64,000 bases of DNA from assembly GCA_032249395.1 (NCBI GenBank), contig JAVVFY010000002.1, positions 1 through 64,000 on the forward strand, written 5' to 3'. Shown piece by piece: positions 54,190 to 63,987 of this stretch. Both the position numbers and the translations under genes were made by a program. Under the pieces are notes generated by a model. That model saw nothing but the letters and a program-made list of their open reading frames with translations. It did not search any database and was not told the origin of the DNA. The first letter of the stretch is position 1; every line of letters starts with the position of its first letter. The stretch comes from Candidatus Aenigmatarchaeota archaeon. GTDB taxonomy: Archaea > Aenigmatarchaeota > Aenigmatarchaeia > CG10238-14 > SpSt-28.

Positions 54190-54230
54190 AATAATATTTA
54201 GATCTTGCTTGTTATAGATTTTAACATAAT

Positions 54231-54316
54231 TGCCCCCGCCGGGATTTGAACCCGGGCCACCGGCTTTTCGCAGAAAACCGCAAGCCGGGGTTCTATCCAA
54301 TCTAAACTACGGGGGC
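54231..54316 (-). tRNA. tRNA-Arg(GCG) with 12-nt intron
   Basis: CCGGC-TT GCG G[ttttctgcgaaa]A-GCCGG. Confidence 0.92.
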
Positions 54317-54355
54317 GTAATACAATTATTTAAAAAACGAAACGAATAAAGAAAG

Positions 54356-54514
54356 ATGAGATGCACAAGCTGCAACATAGAAGTTAAGTCAAAAGAGAAT
54401 TTTGTTATATTTGATTGTCCAAAATGTGGTAAGGTTAAAATAGTTAGATGTAACTCTTGTAAATCTTTAGGAAGAAAATATAGTTGTAACGAATGTGGTT
54501 TTGTTGGACCATAA
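54356..54514 (+). CDS. DUF1610 zinc-ribbon protein (not in ORF track)
   Basis: MRCTSC...F.CPKCG...I.RC..C......Y.C..CGFVGP, upstream of EF-1beta. Confidence 0.9.
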   Translation: MRCTSCNIEVKSKENFVIFDCPKCGKVKIVRCNSCKSLGRKYSCNECGFVGP

Positions 54515-54545
54515 TAGTTTTATATAAATTTTCCATATCTTTAGA

Positions 54546-54800
54546 ATGGCAAAAGTACTAGTAACATTAAGAGTAATGCCTGAGGATGTTAATACAGATT
54601 TAGAAAGTATAAAAAACGAAATATCATCTAAAATTGGTGCTCAAATAAAAGAAGTTCCAATAGCTTTCGGTATCGTTTCTCTTTATGTTTCTACAATTAT
54701 TGAAGATAAAGAAGGTGAAATAGAAAGAGTAGAAAAATTACTTAAAGAAATAAAAGGGGTTGGCGAGATAGAAGTGCTAGAAATAACTAGAACTTTATGA
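54546..54800 (+). CDS. ef1b: elongation factor 1-beta
   Basis: MA.V...RVMPE, PIAFG. Confidence 0.93.
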   Translation: MAKVLVTLRVMPEDVNTDLESIKNEISSKIGAQIKEVPIAFGIVSLYVSTIIEDKEGEIERVEKLLKEIKGVGEIEVLEITRTL

Positions 54801-54925
54801 GTTTTTATTTTTACAATACAATTGTATTACAGGGCAGAGATGCCTACCATAGAAAGAATCAACTCTTTCTATGGTTATTAGCTCGATGATAAGAGGGCTC
54901 TGAACTAAAGGGGGTTAAGGTTTAA

Positions 54926-55186
54926 ATGTTGTTTGAAAAAAGAGGTTTCGTAAGAAGATTTGCAAGAAATAATGCTCCCAAGCCTGTTAAAGTTGGAGAA
55001 GAATATGATGTAGAAATAACAGAGACCGGAAGTAAAGGAGATGGAATTGCTAGGATAAAGAATTTCGTAGTGTTTGTTCCAGGAAGCAAGAAAGGAGAAA
55101 AGAAGCACATAAAAATAAAGGAAGTTAGAACCAAGTTCGCTATAGGAGAAATTATCGAATACACTAAAAATCTTGCAGAAGGTTAA
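54926..55186 (+). CDS. single TRAM-domain RNA-binding protein
   Basis: PVKVGEEYDV.I...G.KGDGIARI..FVVFVP. Confidence 0.92.
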   Translation: MLFEKRGFVRRFARNNAPKPVKVGEEYDVEITETGSKGDGIARIKNFVVFVPGSKKGEKKHIKIKEVRTKFAIGEIIEYTKNLAEG

Positions 55187-55895
55187 TAAAGCGTTTAGAA
55201 TCGTTTAACATGAAAACATTATTAAAATAAACAAATATTTCTTTCGACTTTAATTTTTTTATTTTTTCTTTCATTTCCCTCATTTCATCATCGTTATATT
55301 GATGATAATAGTTTATTTTTCCATTTTTGTAAGAACCATGAAGTCTGAAGTATGAAATTTTTTTCGTGACAGTAGGCAACCTTTGATTCAAATCGCAAAC
55401 GTCTATTACCTCAAATTTCTTGCAGAATTTTTTTATATCATCTTTGTTCCAGCCTCTTAACTCAACACCAATTTCAAAATCTTCCCTCTCAATATTCCTA
55501 AAGAATTTTTCAGCGTTTTCCCAGTTCTCATTATTACTCTTAAAACTTTCTGGAAGTTGAATAACAATAACTTTTGTTTTTAAAATTTTTGCATACTCTA
55601 CCATCTTTCTCCAAAATTCAAAAACCTCTCTAGTTGGTTTTAAATATCCGACTCTCTCCTTGAATTTTGAGACATCGATGTTAGATCTTTTCCAAGTTCT
55701 CGATTTATGAGGATGTGTAATTCCTTGGAATGCTTTGAAATTAAAAATGAAATCTTCCTTAGCCATTTTTCTCCATTTATTCAAAAGCTTCACATCCAAT
55801 ATTTTATAGAATGTTTGTTGAATTTCAACTGTATCGAAATCTGAGAAATATTTTTTTATGGATTCAGGAAAACCGCATGTACCAACATATATCAT
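55164..55895 (-). CDS. DUF72 family protein
   Basis: VGTCGF, VEIQQTFY, KA.Q.ITH, YFRLHG, YFNN. Confidence 0.92.
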   Translation of the reverse strand: MIYVGTCGFPESIKKYFSDFDTVEIQQTFYKILDVKLLNKWRKMAKEDFIFNFKAFQGITHPHKSRTWKRSNIDVSKFKERVGYLKPTREVFEFWRKMVEYAKILKTKVIVIQLPESFKSNNENWENAEKFFRNIEREDFEIGVELRGWNKDDIKKFCKKFEVIDVCDLNQRLPTVTKKISYFRLHGSYKNGKINYYHQYNDDEMREMKEKIKKLKSKEIFVYFNNVFMLNDSKRFINLLQDF

Positions 55896-55925
55896 AGATT
55901 AATTTTACAAAAAACTATAAAATTA

Positions 55926-56387
55926 ATGAAGATCAAAAGCTCTCTAGTATCGCAACTTTTAGATATAACTATAATATTGCTAACACTTATAACAATAGTG
56001 TTTTTAAAGATATACTACGATTTCGAACCGTTCAAACCTTCAATTCAATTTTTGCTAGTCTTATTACTTTTAGCTGCGGATTTGTATGTACTTAACGACC
56101 TAATAATAAGAAGAATATATACATACGAAATAGATGATGCTGGAGTAAAAGAAAATTTCACTATCTTTTCAAAAAGAGAAACATTTATACCATATTATAA
56201 CATAACTAACGTTGAGTTGAAAAAATCGTTCATTGGAAGAGTGTTAAATTATGGAAACGTAGAAGTAAGCTCTCCTAAAACAAAAATTATACTTATAGGA
56301 ATTAAGGACCCTGAAAGAATATACAATAAGATTAAAGAAAAGATTGAAATGTTTAAAACCAAAATAAAAGAAAATGAAGAGCATTAA
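55926..56387 (+). CDS. membrane protein with bacterial PH domain
   Basis: two TM, then Y.I....V, IGR.LNYG.V, I.DP. Confidence 0.75.
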   Translation: MKIKSSLVSQLLDITIILLTLITIVFLKIYYDFEPFKPSIQFLLVLLLLAADLYVLNDLIIRRIYTYEIDDAGVKENFTIFSKRETFIPYYNITNVELKKSFIGRVLNYGNVEVSSPKTKIILIGIKDPERIYNKIKEKIEMFKTKIKENEEH

Positions 56388-57666
56388 AGTTTATATTGAA
56401 ACGTATGGATGTAGCGCAAACAAATCGGATACAGAAATAATGATGGGTCTGCTTAAAGGAGCGGGATTTCAAATAGTAGAATCTCCAGATACTTCAGAGA
56501 TAAACATAATAAATACATGCATTGTTAAAACACCTACAGCAAAAAGAATGGAAAGAAGAATAAAATTTCTCAGCAATTTGAACAAACCGTTAATAGTTGC
56601 TGGATGTATGGCAAAGTCGGAACCTGAAAGAATAGATAAATTTGCCCCAAAAGCTAGCAAAATAACTCCAAACGCCGTAGCTAATATAGTTGAAGTTGTA
56701 GAAAGGACACTAAAAGGAGAGAAAGTATTCTATGATAAAAGCGATATAGAAAAAGTCTTATTACCAAAGATATCATTCAATAAAATAATATCTATAGTTC
56801 AAATAGCCTCTGGTTGTCTATCTGCATGTACATTCTGCGAAACAAAAATATCGAGAGGTATTCTAAAAAGTTTTAGACCTTCATCTATAATAGAAAGAAT
56901 AAAAAAAGATTTGAAGGAGGGGTTCAAAGAATTCTGGATTACTTCTCAAGATAATGGTTGTTACGGGTTTGATTTGAATGTTAATCTAGCTGAGCTTTTG
57001 AAAAAAATTGTAGAGTTAGATGGAGAGTTTATAGTTAGAGTTGGAATGATGAATCCTTTTCATTTAATTAAAAACAAAGAGTTAGTTAATGGTTTAATTG
57101 AAGTTTACAAGTCAGAAAAGATATTTAAGTTCCTACACATTCCTCTACAATCCGGAAGCAATAAAGTTTTGAAAGATATGAGAAGAGGATATACAGTTGA
57201 GGAATTTGAAGAAATAGTAAAAGCTTTTAGAAAAGAGATTAAAGATGTCACAATTGAAACTGATATAATAGTTGGGTATCCTACAGAAACTGAGGAAGAT
57301 TTTGAAAAAACAGTAGAAGTTATAAAAAATATTAAACCTGACGTAGTAAATATTTCTAAATTTTCACCTAGACCAAAAACCCCTGCAGCTAGTTTAGCTA
57401 CTTTGCCCCCAGAAATTGTAAACAAGAGGAGCAAAATTTTGTTTAAATTAACTAGAGAGATTTCGATGAATAAAAACAAATCTTTGATTGGGAAAATAAC
57501 TAAAGTTTTCGTAGATGAAGTAGGAAAAGAAAAAAGCTATATAGCGCGCACTTTACAATACAAACCTGTAGTGATAAAAACTGAAGAAAAAATATTTGGA
57601 AAATTCGTAGACGTAGAAATTGTTGATGTAAAATCTAATTATCTCGAAGGAAAACTTGTTATTTAA
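56374..57666 (+). CDS. tRNA t6A37 methylthiotransferase (MtaB/CDKAL1-like)
   Basis: TYGC..N, NTC.VK, GC, CLSACTFC radical-SAM motif, C-terminal TRAM. Confidence 0.9.
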   Translation: MKSIKVYIETYGCSANKSDTEIMMGLLKGAGFQIVESPDTSEINIINTCIVKTPTAKRMERRIKFLSNLNKPLIVAGCMAKSEPERIDKFAPKASKITPNAVANIVEVVERTLKGEKVFYDKSDIEKVLLPKISFNKIISIVQIASGCLSACTFCETKISRGILKSFRPSSIIERIKKDLKEGFKEFWITSQDNGCYGFDLNVNLAELLKKIVELDGEFIVRVGMMNPFHLIKNKELVNGLIEVYKSEKIFKFLHIPLQSGSNKVLKDMRRGYTVEEFEEIVKAFRKEIKDVTIETDIIVGYPTETEEDFEKTVEVIKNIKPDVVNISKFSPRPKTPAASLATLPPEIVNKRSKILFKLTREISMNKNKSLIGKITKVFVDEVGKEKSYIARTLQYKPVVIKTEEKIFGKFVDVEIVDVKSNYLEGKLVI

Positions 57667-57841
57667 TCAATGGAATACTTTAAAAACTATTATCCCAAAC
57701 ATCAATATGATAGAGACAAAAATAAAGTTATACTTCATTAAAAGAAGTGATTGAATGTCAGCTTTTTTAATAATTGTTTTTAGACAAATAGTATTCATTC
57801 ATTTAATGCCGACAATAGGGAATATGTAAGGAGGTGACTGA

Positions 57842-58003
57842 ATGTCGATCTTTTGGGATGTACTTTTTGCAAACCTGGTTTCTGGAGCACTAAACACGCT
57901 ATTTTTCTGGACTTTTCCAATAATCCTTTTCTTTGTATTAAAGAGGATTCTCGGAAAGCGGTGGAGGAAAATTGAGAAGATAATTAGAAAGGTAGCTAAA
58001 TGA
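57842..58003 (+). CDS. 53-aa hydrophobic peptide with basic C-terminal tail (not in ORF track)
   Basis: GGAGGTGA SD; MSIFWDVLFANLVSGALNTLFFWTFPIILFFVLKRILGKRWRKIEKIIRKVAK. Confidence 0.55.
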   Translation: MSIFWDVLFANLVSGALNTLFFWTFPIILFFVLKRILGKRWRKIEKIIRKVAK

Positions 58004-58301
58004 ATTTTCTCATAACTTATGCTAATCCAATGAAAGATAACAAATTTAGATACAAGCGAATAGAGAAATTATCGATTGGTTAGGTAAGAAAAACCGCTAC
58101 GTTACTTTAGTTGCTACAAAAGGTAGCGAGGAGTTTAAAATTTTTGAAACTCTAAACACTAACTATACAATTCCAGGAATTCTGAGAAAAGAAGAACAAG
58201 CAAAGAACACGGTTGCAAAGTTGCTTAAAAATTAAAGTTTTGAAGTTACTCAATCTTGAGTAAAAATTTGTTATTTAAGCTATATTTTCAAAAAAATTAT
58301 A

Positions 58302-59777
58302 ATGAGAAAGATCGAAAAAATAGAACAAATAGCAAAAAAGAGAGGATTCATTTTTGCATCAAGCGAAATTTATGGTGGCTTAAGCGGAACCTATGATTTC
58401 GGACCATTAGGCACTCTACTTAAAAACAAAATTATAGAGTTTTGGAGAGACTTTTTTGTAAAAAGCGAAGACAATATATTTGAAATTGAAACCAGTCTAA
58501 TTATGCCAGAAAAAGTTTTTGAAGCTTCGGGCCACTTAAAGGGATTTATTGACCCTATAACTCAATGTAAAAAATGTAAGAGTATATTTAGGGCAGACAA
58601 CATAATAGAAGAATCTATAAAAATGTTTGTTGAAGGGTTGAGCAGCGAAGAATTAACAAAAATAATAAGAGAAAAAAACGTTAGATGTCTTAAGTGTGGT
58701 GGGGAGTTGGATGACGTAAAAGTTTTTAATTTGATGTTCTCTATGAATGTCGGTGCTCTAGGAGATACAAAAGGTTATTTAAGACCTGAAACTGCCCAAG
58801 GCATATTTGTTAACTTCAAAAACATATTAGTTGCTACTAGAGCTAAACTTCCATTTGGAGTGGCTCAAATTGGAAAATCTTTTAGAAATGAAATCTCGCC
58901 AAGACAATGGCTAATAAGATTGAGAGAATTTACACAAGCAGAAATAGAATTTTTTATAAATCCTGAAGAGAGAACCTTTGAAAAATTAAAAGATTACGAA
59001 AATGTAAAAATAAGAGTTTTAAGTAGAGAAGCACAAAAATCTGGAAAACCAGAAGAAGAAATGAGTGTTAGAGAAGCCTTGGAGAAAGGAATTATTCCTT
59101 CTGAATATTTGGCCTATTTCATTGCAAAAGAACAAATTTTCTACGAATCTTTAGGTATACCAAAAGAGGCAATAAGATTTAGACAGTTATTGCAAGAAGA
59201 AACTCCACATTATAGTAAAGGGAATGTTGATATGGAAATTCTTTTTGATTTTGGTTGGAAAGAAGTTGTTGGGAATGCTTATAGAAGCGATTATGATTTG
59301 AAAAAACATTCTGAATATTCAAAAACCGATTTGTCCTATGTTTTGGAGAACGGAAAAAAGATTATTCCACACGTTGTTGAGCCTAGCTTCGGAATTGAAA
59401 GAACTATTTATGCTATACTTTTATATTCTTTTGTTGAAGATAAAGAAAGAGGATGGGATTGGTTTAAATTCAATCCAAAAATAGCTCCAATAAGTGTTGC
59501 TGTGTTTCCGTTGCTAAATAAAAAAGAAATGGTTGAAAAATCTATAGAGTTGTTTAAACATATAAAGAAGTATTTTGATGTTATATTTGATAAAAGTGGT
59601 TCTATTGGAAAAAGATACGCAAGAAGTGACGAAATTGGCATACCATATGCTATAACCATAGACCATCAAACTTTCGAAGACAACACTGTAACCATAAGAG
59701 ATAGAAACACTACGAAGCAAGAAAGGGTTAAAATTGAAGAACTTATAGACAAACTAACTAATCTTTTGAAGGTCTAA
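58302..59777 (+). CDS. glyS: glycyl-tRNA synthetase (alpha2 type)
   Basis: EIYGG, LRPETAQG, FRNEISPR, EPSFG. Confidence 0.97.
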   Translation: MRKIEKIEQIAKKRGFIFASSEIYGGLSGTYDFGPLGTLLKNKIIEFWRDFFVKSEDNIFEIETSLIMPEKVFEASGHLKGFIDPITQCKKCKSIFRADNIIEESIKMFVEGLSSEELTKIIREKNVRCLKCGGELDDVKVFNLMFSMNVGALGDTKGYLRPETAQGIFVNFKNILVATRAKLPFGVAQIGKSFRNEISPRQWLIRLREFTQAEIEFFINPEERTFEKLKDYENVKIRVLSREAQKSGKPEEEMSVREALEKGIIPSEYLAYFIAKEQIFYESLGIPKEAIRFRQLLQEETPHYSKGNVDMEILFDFGWKEVVGNAYRSDYDLKKHSEYSKTDLSYVLENGKKIIPHVVEPSFGIERTIYAILLYSFVEDKERGWDWFKFNPKIAPISVAVFPLLNKKEMVEKSIELFKHIKKYFDVIFDKSGSIGKRYARSDEIGIPYAITIDHQTFEDNTVTIRDRNTTKQERVKIEELIDKLTNLLKV

Positions 59778-60266
59778 AATTAATGAAGCAAAGACTTCAT
59801 TCCACCTCTCTCTTTCTAGCCATATAAATTTGCCATATTCTTTATATTCATCTACATAATTTCTATGAACAACAGCTATAACAATTTTGTTGCTTTTTAA
59901 GATGTCTTTAATTTTATCTTCGAACTTTTTACTAAATAACTCCATTTTTCCTATTTCATCTACAACAATAAATCTACACTCTTTTTCTGCAACCTCTAAA
60001 GCAGGAATAGCCACGTCTTCAAAAATGCCTACATCTACAAAATACTTTCCAACTCTGTAGTTAGTATTATAATAAATGCTAGCAAATACTTTCTCTTTTA
60101 GATTTAATAAATCAACAACCTTAAAACCTATTCTAATTCTTCCTTCTCTTACTTCTGGAGAAATTATGCCTCCAACTTTGATGTTTTTCTTTTTTAAAAA
60201 TTCTATTAACTTAACAACTAAAGTTGATTTTCCGGAAGCAGGTGGCCCGCTAATCAAAAACTTCAT
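59754..60266 (-). CDS. NTPase_1 (THEP1) family nucleoside triphosphatase
   Basis: GPPASGKS, EVR..G.RIGF, VGKY.V, DEIGKME. Confidence 0.92.
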   Translation of the reverse strand: MKFLISGPPASGKSTLVVKLIEFLKKKNIKVGGIISPEVREGRIRIGFKVVDLLNLKEKVFASIYYNTNYRVGKYFVDVGIFEDVAIPALEVAEKECRFIVVDEIGKMELFSKKFEDKIKDILKSNKIVIAVVHRNYVDEYKEYGKFIWLERERWNEVFASLILDLQKIS

Positions 60267-60293
60267 AAGCTTATTAATTTTTAATAAGATATA

Positions 60294-60854
60294 ATGATAA
60301 TGAGTCTTGAAAAAATGATCGAACTAGCAAACATTATACAAGATGAAGAACTTAAGAAAAAAACTATAGAAATATTGAAAGATATAAAGCTAACTCATCC
60401 TACGCTTAAAAATTATGAAAGGGAAGATCCAGAAAAAGTTAAAACACCTTTTGTCGTAAATGATACCATAGTTATAAGAGAATTGACAAACCATACTGTT
60501 AGCGTTACTGAAGCATGTATAAAAATCGCTGAAGTAATTGAAAAAAATTACGGGTTTAAAGTTAACAAAGATGCTTTAGTGGCTGGTGCCTTGCTTCACG
60601 ATATAATGAAAGTTTATGAGTTTAAAGATGGTAGACCAACAAAAATTCTATTTGACCATTCAGCTTTAGGTTTTGGAGAACTGTACAAAAGAGGATTTCC
60701 AGAAGAAGTTTTACATTTGGTAATATCGCATGCTGCCCCATCAACAAATCCACCAAGAACACTAGAAGCATTAATATTGCACTACGTTGATACTTTACTA
60801 GCTTTGGCAGAATTTGGAATATATTCTCAAATAGTAGAAAAAGAGGAGAAATAG
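60294..60854 (+). CDS. HD-domain protein (HDIG-like)
   Basis: HT.SV, GALLHDI.K, DH, H...SH, P.T.EA.ILH..D. Confidence 0.85.
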   Translation: MIMSLEKMIELANIIQDEELKKKTIEILKDIKLTHPTLKNYEREDPEKVKTPFVVNDTIVIRELTNHTVSVTEACIKIAEVIEKNYGFKVNKDALVAGALLHDIMKVYEFKDGRPTKILFDHSALGFGELYKRGFPEEVLHLVISHAAPSTNPPRTLEALILHYVDTLLALAEFGIYSQIVEKEEK

Positions 60855-61916
60855 ATGAAAAAATTTATAAAACCTGCTATAAGCTTTTTAAAAAAAGTTA
60901 AAGGAGATTTAGCTATAGTTTTCGGCCACGATTGCGATAGCATTGCTTCTGCTTCAATAATTTATAAGTTGGCAAAAAATTTAGCGCTAAAACCAAAATT
61001 GATTGTTTCCACACACAATTTTGAAATTGATGAAAAAACGGAGAATCGCATCAAAAAATTTGAAAATATAGCAATACTTGATATTGGAGATACGCCAGAA
61101 GAAAGAATAAATAGAATTGCTTCATCCAAAAATCTCTTAATTATTGACCATCATATTCCGAAAAAATATAATTGCTACTATGTAAATCCAAGACTTTATA
61201 ACAAGAACGTTTATATACCAACCAGCTATATATCGTGGTTAATTTACAAAGAGTTTTTTGACGATAAAGATATTTTATGGATTGCTGCATTTGGAACTCT
61301 TGGCGACTTCGGTGCAAAATACAACAAAGACTTGTTTAAAAGGTTAAGAGAGAAAAATCCTGAATTAATTGGAAAAGTTAGAATTGATGATAGAGAACTG
61401 TTTGAAAGGAGCACAATAGGAAAAATAGCAAAAATGGTTGATTCTCATAGAATTTTTGAAGGAATAAAAGGTGTGGAATACGTAACAAAGCTTGTAGCAA
61501 ACTCTAATTCATATCTAGATTTGTTGAATGACAAAAAAACAAATAAAATATATGAAAAACTAGGAAAAGCATTCAAAAATGAACTGAAAAGACTTAAAGA
61601 AAGAAAAATAGAAATTGGAGAATATTTAATTTATGAGATAAAGAGTAAAATTAACCTTAAATCGTCGCTAGCTAGCTATTTGCCAAAGATTTTTCCAAAA
61701 ATGATAATATTTGTAGCACAAAAATCTAAAGAAGGATACTATGAGGTTAGCGTTAGAAGAGGTATTAAAAGAAAAGTTAACTTAGCTAAACTTGTTAAAG
61801 AAATAAGTAAAAATATTAGAGCTAAAGGTGGTGGACATCCCAGTGCTGCAGGAATGAGAATAGATGATTTAAAGGAACTAGTTGAATTCTTAAAAAATAA
61901 AAAAAGAAAGAAATAG
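60855..61916 (+). CDS. DHH/DHHA1 phosphoesterase (RecJ-like)
   Basis: HDCD, LDIG, IDHH, GGGHP.AAG. Confidence 0.88.
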   Translation: MKKFIKPAISFLKKVKGDLAIVFGHDCDSIASASIIYKLAKNLALKPKLIVSTHNFEIDEKTENRIKKFENIAILDIGDTPEERINRIASSKNLLIIDHHIPKKYNCYYVNPRLYNKNVYIPTSYISWLIYKEFFDDKDILWIAAFGTLGDFGAKYNKDLFKRLREKNPELIGKVRIDDRELFERSTIGKIAKMVDSHRIFEGIKGVEYVTKLVANSNSYLDLLNDKKTNKIYEKLGKAFKNELKRLKERKIEIGEYLIYEIKSKINLKSSLASYLPKIFPKMIIFVAQKSKEGYYEVSVRRGIKRKVNLAKLVKEISKNIRAKGGGHPSAAGMRIDDLKELVEFLKNKKRKK

Positions 61917-61919
61917 CAA

Positions 61920-62222
61920 TCATTTAGTTAAAACAATATCAATTGTTGAAACATTAACTTTTCCTTTTCCTTCTACTTCCCTTTCTTCAGTTCCTAGGTC
62001 TATTCTCTTTATTTTAACATCTGGCATAAACCTTCTTTGAATTACTTGAGCTACGTCTACCGCTCTTGATATGCTTTTTCCTCTTGCTTTAATGTGAACT
62101 TCTTTTTGGCCACTTGTGAACTGAGTTATTACTGCTAAAACGTAGCTCATAGTTGGTTTTTTACCTATGAATACAACGTTATCAGCTTGTTGTTCTTTTG
62201 CTTCTTCTGACACTATCAACAC
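61920..62222 (-). CDS. albA: chromatin protein Alba
   Basis: [29 protein letters not shown]. Confidence 0.96.
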   Translation of the reverse strand: MLIVSEEAKEQQADNVVFIGKKPTMSYVLAVITQFTSGQKEVHIKARGKSISRAVDVAQVIQRRFMPDVKIKRIDLGTEEREVEGKGKVNVSTIDIVLTK

Positions 62223-62289
62223 CTCCCTACTTTAAAGATATCAATTAAAATATAGTTTTAAAATAATTTAAAATTTCTAAAACATCTCA

Positions 62290-63210
62290 TTACAGTTTGA
62301 ACTCTTTTACAACCTTTCTCTTATTCTCAACGCCTTTAGCGTCTAAGACCTGAAATGCTAAATCTTTTAATTTAGGATATAAAGCACCATATTTCTCTGA
62401 GAGCCTATTTACTTCTCTTTCTATGTCTTCGGAACTCAGATTGTCTACCCTCTTCTGAAGTTCATCCAATTTAGATTGTAATTCATTCCAAACATTTTCA
62501 TAAGTCTTAAATGTCTTAACATATTCTTTTGTTGCGACTACAAACCCTCTAAAGAAAACTCCGATCAGAAAAATCGCTGCGAAAACTACGACACTAAATA
62601 TACCCATAAAGCTAAAGAGTACCCAAACAGTCTTCACAAACCAACCCATTGGAATTGTCAAAAATGCAATAATAAAAGCCAAAACTCTGTTAACATTGGG
62701 AGATACATGAGTAAATACTTCTAACATTTGTAGAAATGTCCAAACAAGAGTGTAAATAGCAGCAAAGGGTAAAATAAACAAATAAATTATTGCTGGAACG
62801 TACATCCATTGCTCGGGTAACCCAAGCATTAGAAAAACGTTAGCTGCGAGGGGTGGTAAAGGAGAAACTTTCATATTTTCTGGTACCTCTAATATAGTTG
62901 GATAAGGAATAAAGAGTGGTAGCATGAATAGCAAAAATAAAACAACTGCGTATAAAATTAAACCAAGATTTATGCCTCCTCCTCCTGGTAAACCTGGTAA
63001 ACTCGGCATGCCACCTTTAGCTACTATAAAAAGCAAAACTATGAAACCTAAAATGAACAAAACAGGTATTAAATCTTTAGCAATGTTAACTAATGTTTCT
63101 CTGATTTCATTCATTGTTGTTGTTCCTCCACCAGACTGAGCTAAAGAAACATTTATAGTTAAAAGTAGGAAAAATAACAGAAAAACTAATACTTCTTTAA
63201 TTTTCTCCAT
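62290..63210 (-). CDS. multi-TM hypothetical protein with C-terminal coiled coil
   Basis: signal peptide, several TM segments, ILPF...L....F....N.V.A..IA. Confidence 0.7.
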   Translation of the reverse strand: MEKIKEVLVFLLFFLLLTINVSLAQSGGGTTTMNEIRETLVNIAKDLIPVLFILGFIVLLFIVAKGGMPSLPGLPGGGGINLGLILYAVVLFLLFMLPLFIPYPTILEVPENMKVSPLPPLAANVFLMLGLPEQWMYVPAIIYLFILPFAAIYTLVWTFLQMLEVFTHVSPNVNRVLAFIIAFLTIPMGWFVKTVWVLFSFMGIFSVVVFAAIFLIGVFFRGFVVATKEYVKTFKTYENVWNELQSKLDELQKRVDNLSSEDIEREVNRLSEKYGALYPKLKDLAFQVLDAKGVENKRKVVKEFKL

Positions 63211-63247
63211 TTTACTTAATTGTTTTAAATATTTAAAAGCTTTCTTT

Positions 63248-63496
63248 TTATCTTTTTTTCAAAAAGTAAAAAGAAAGAATTATAAAAATTATAAAAATCA
63301 AAAGGGCTGAAAATGAAAAGAAAGCTAATATAAAAGTTTTATAATAGTAAAAAGAACCAATAACAAAAAAAGAGGAAACCAAAGCTATTATTAAATTAAT
63401 ACTCCTTTCAAAAAATCTAATCTTGCTCAAAATACCATAAACAATTAGGAATGAGAGGAATGAAAATGATAGAGCCAAAATATCCTCAATCATCAA
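63248..63496 (-). CDS. small multi-TM hypothetical protein
   Basis: FLIVYGILSKIRFF...NLIIAL. Confidence 0.65.
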   Translation of the reverse strand: MMIEDILALSFSFLSFLIVYGILSKIRFFERSINLIIALVSSFFVIGSFYYYKTFILAFFSFSALLIFIIFIILSFYFLKKR

Positions 63497-63987
63497 AACA
63501 CCTTTTCTCTAGCTTTTTTATACCATTCCTCCTCATCAATCTTAATTCCACTTATTTTCGCTAAACTTTCCGCCTCAGAAATTTTTTCTCTTATCGCTTT
63601 CTTAATTTCTTGTCTTTTCCCCTCGTCTTTCCCCACTTCAAGCTCTTTAGTTAATCTTTCTACATCTTCCTTTAGTTTCTTTAGCCTCTCCTTCCCTGTT
63701 ATAACAGAAGTAGAATACTTTAAAATTCCCAACAAATAAAGAGAAACAAAAACCAAAACAGTTAAAGCAGCTGCTAAATAAGGCAAAACTTTAGTTAAAC
63801 CAAAAGAATAAAGGGAAAATACAGAAATAGAAGAAATAGTTAAAGCAGTTAAAGAGTAATATAAATTTCCAACATTTCCAAATATGTTAGAGCGCTTGAG
63901 AAAAACGAATAATATCAAGTAGAAAAGAATTAGAGGTAAAAATATGGAAAATATGAACTCATTTAGTTCTAAGCTAAATATTTCCAT
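63493..63987 (-). CDS. multi-TM hypothetical protein with C-terminal coiled coil
   Basis: FLPLILFYLILFVFLKRSNIFG. Confidence 0.7.
   Translation of the reverse strand: MEIFSLELNEFIFSIFLPLILFYLILFVFLKRSNIFGNVGNLYYSLTALTISSISVFSLYSFGLTKVLPYLAAALTVLVFVSLYLLGILKYSTSVITGKERLKKLKEDVERLTKELEVGKDEGKRQEIKKAIREKISEAESLAKISGIKIDEEEWYKKAREKVF

Noticed and set aside
54831..54900. Fluoride riboswitch (gatgcctac, gct..atgat fragments)
   Set aside because: The fragments are in the wrong order and there is no crcB-type gene downstream.
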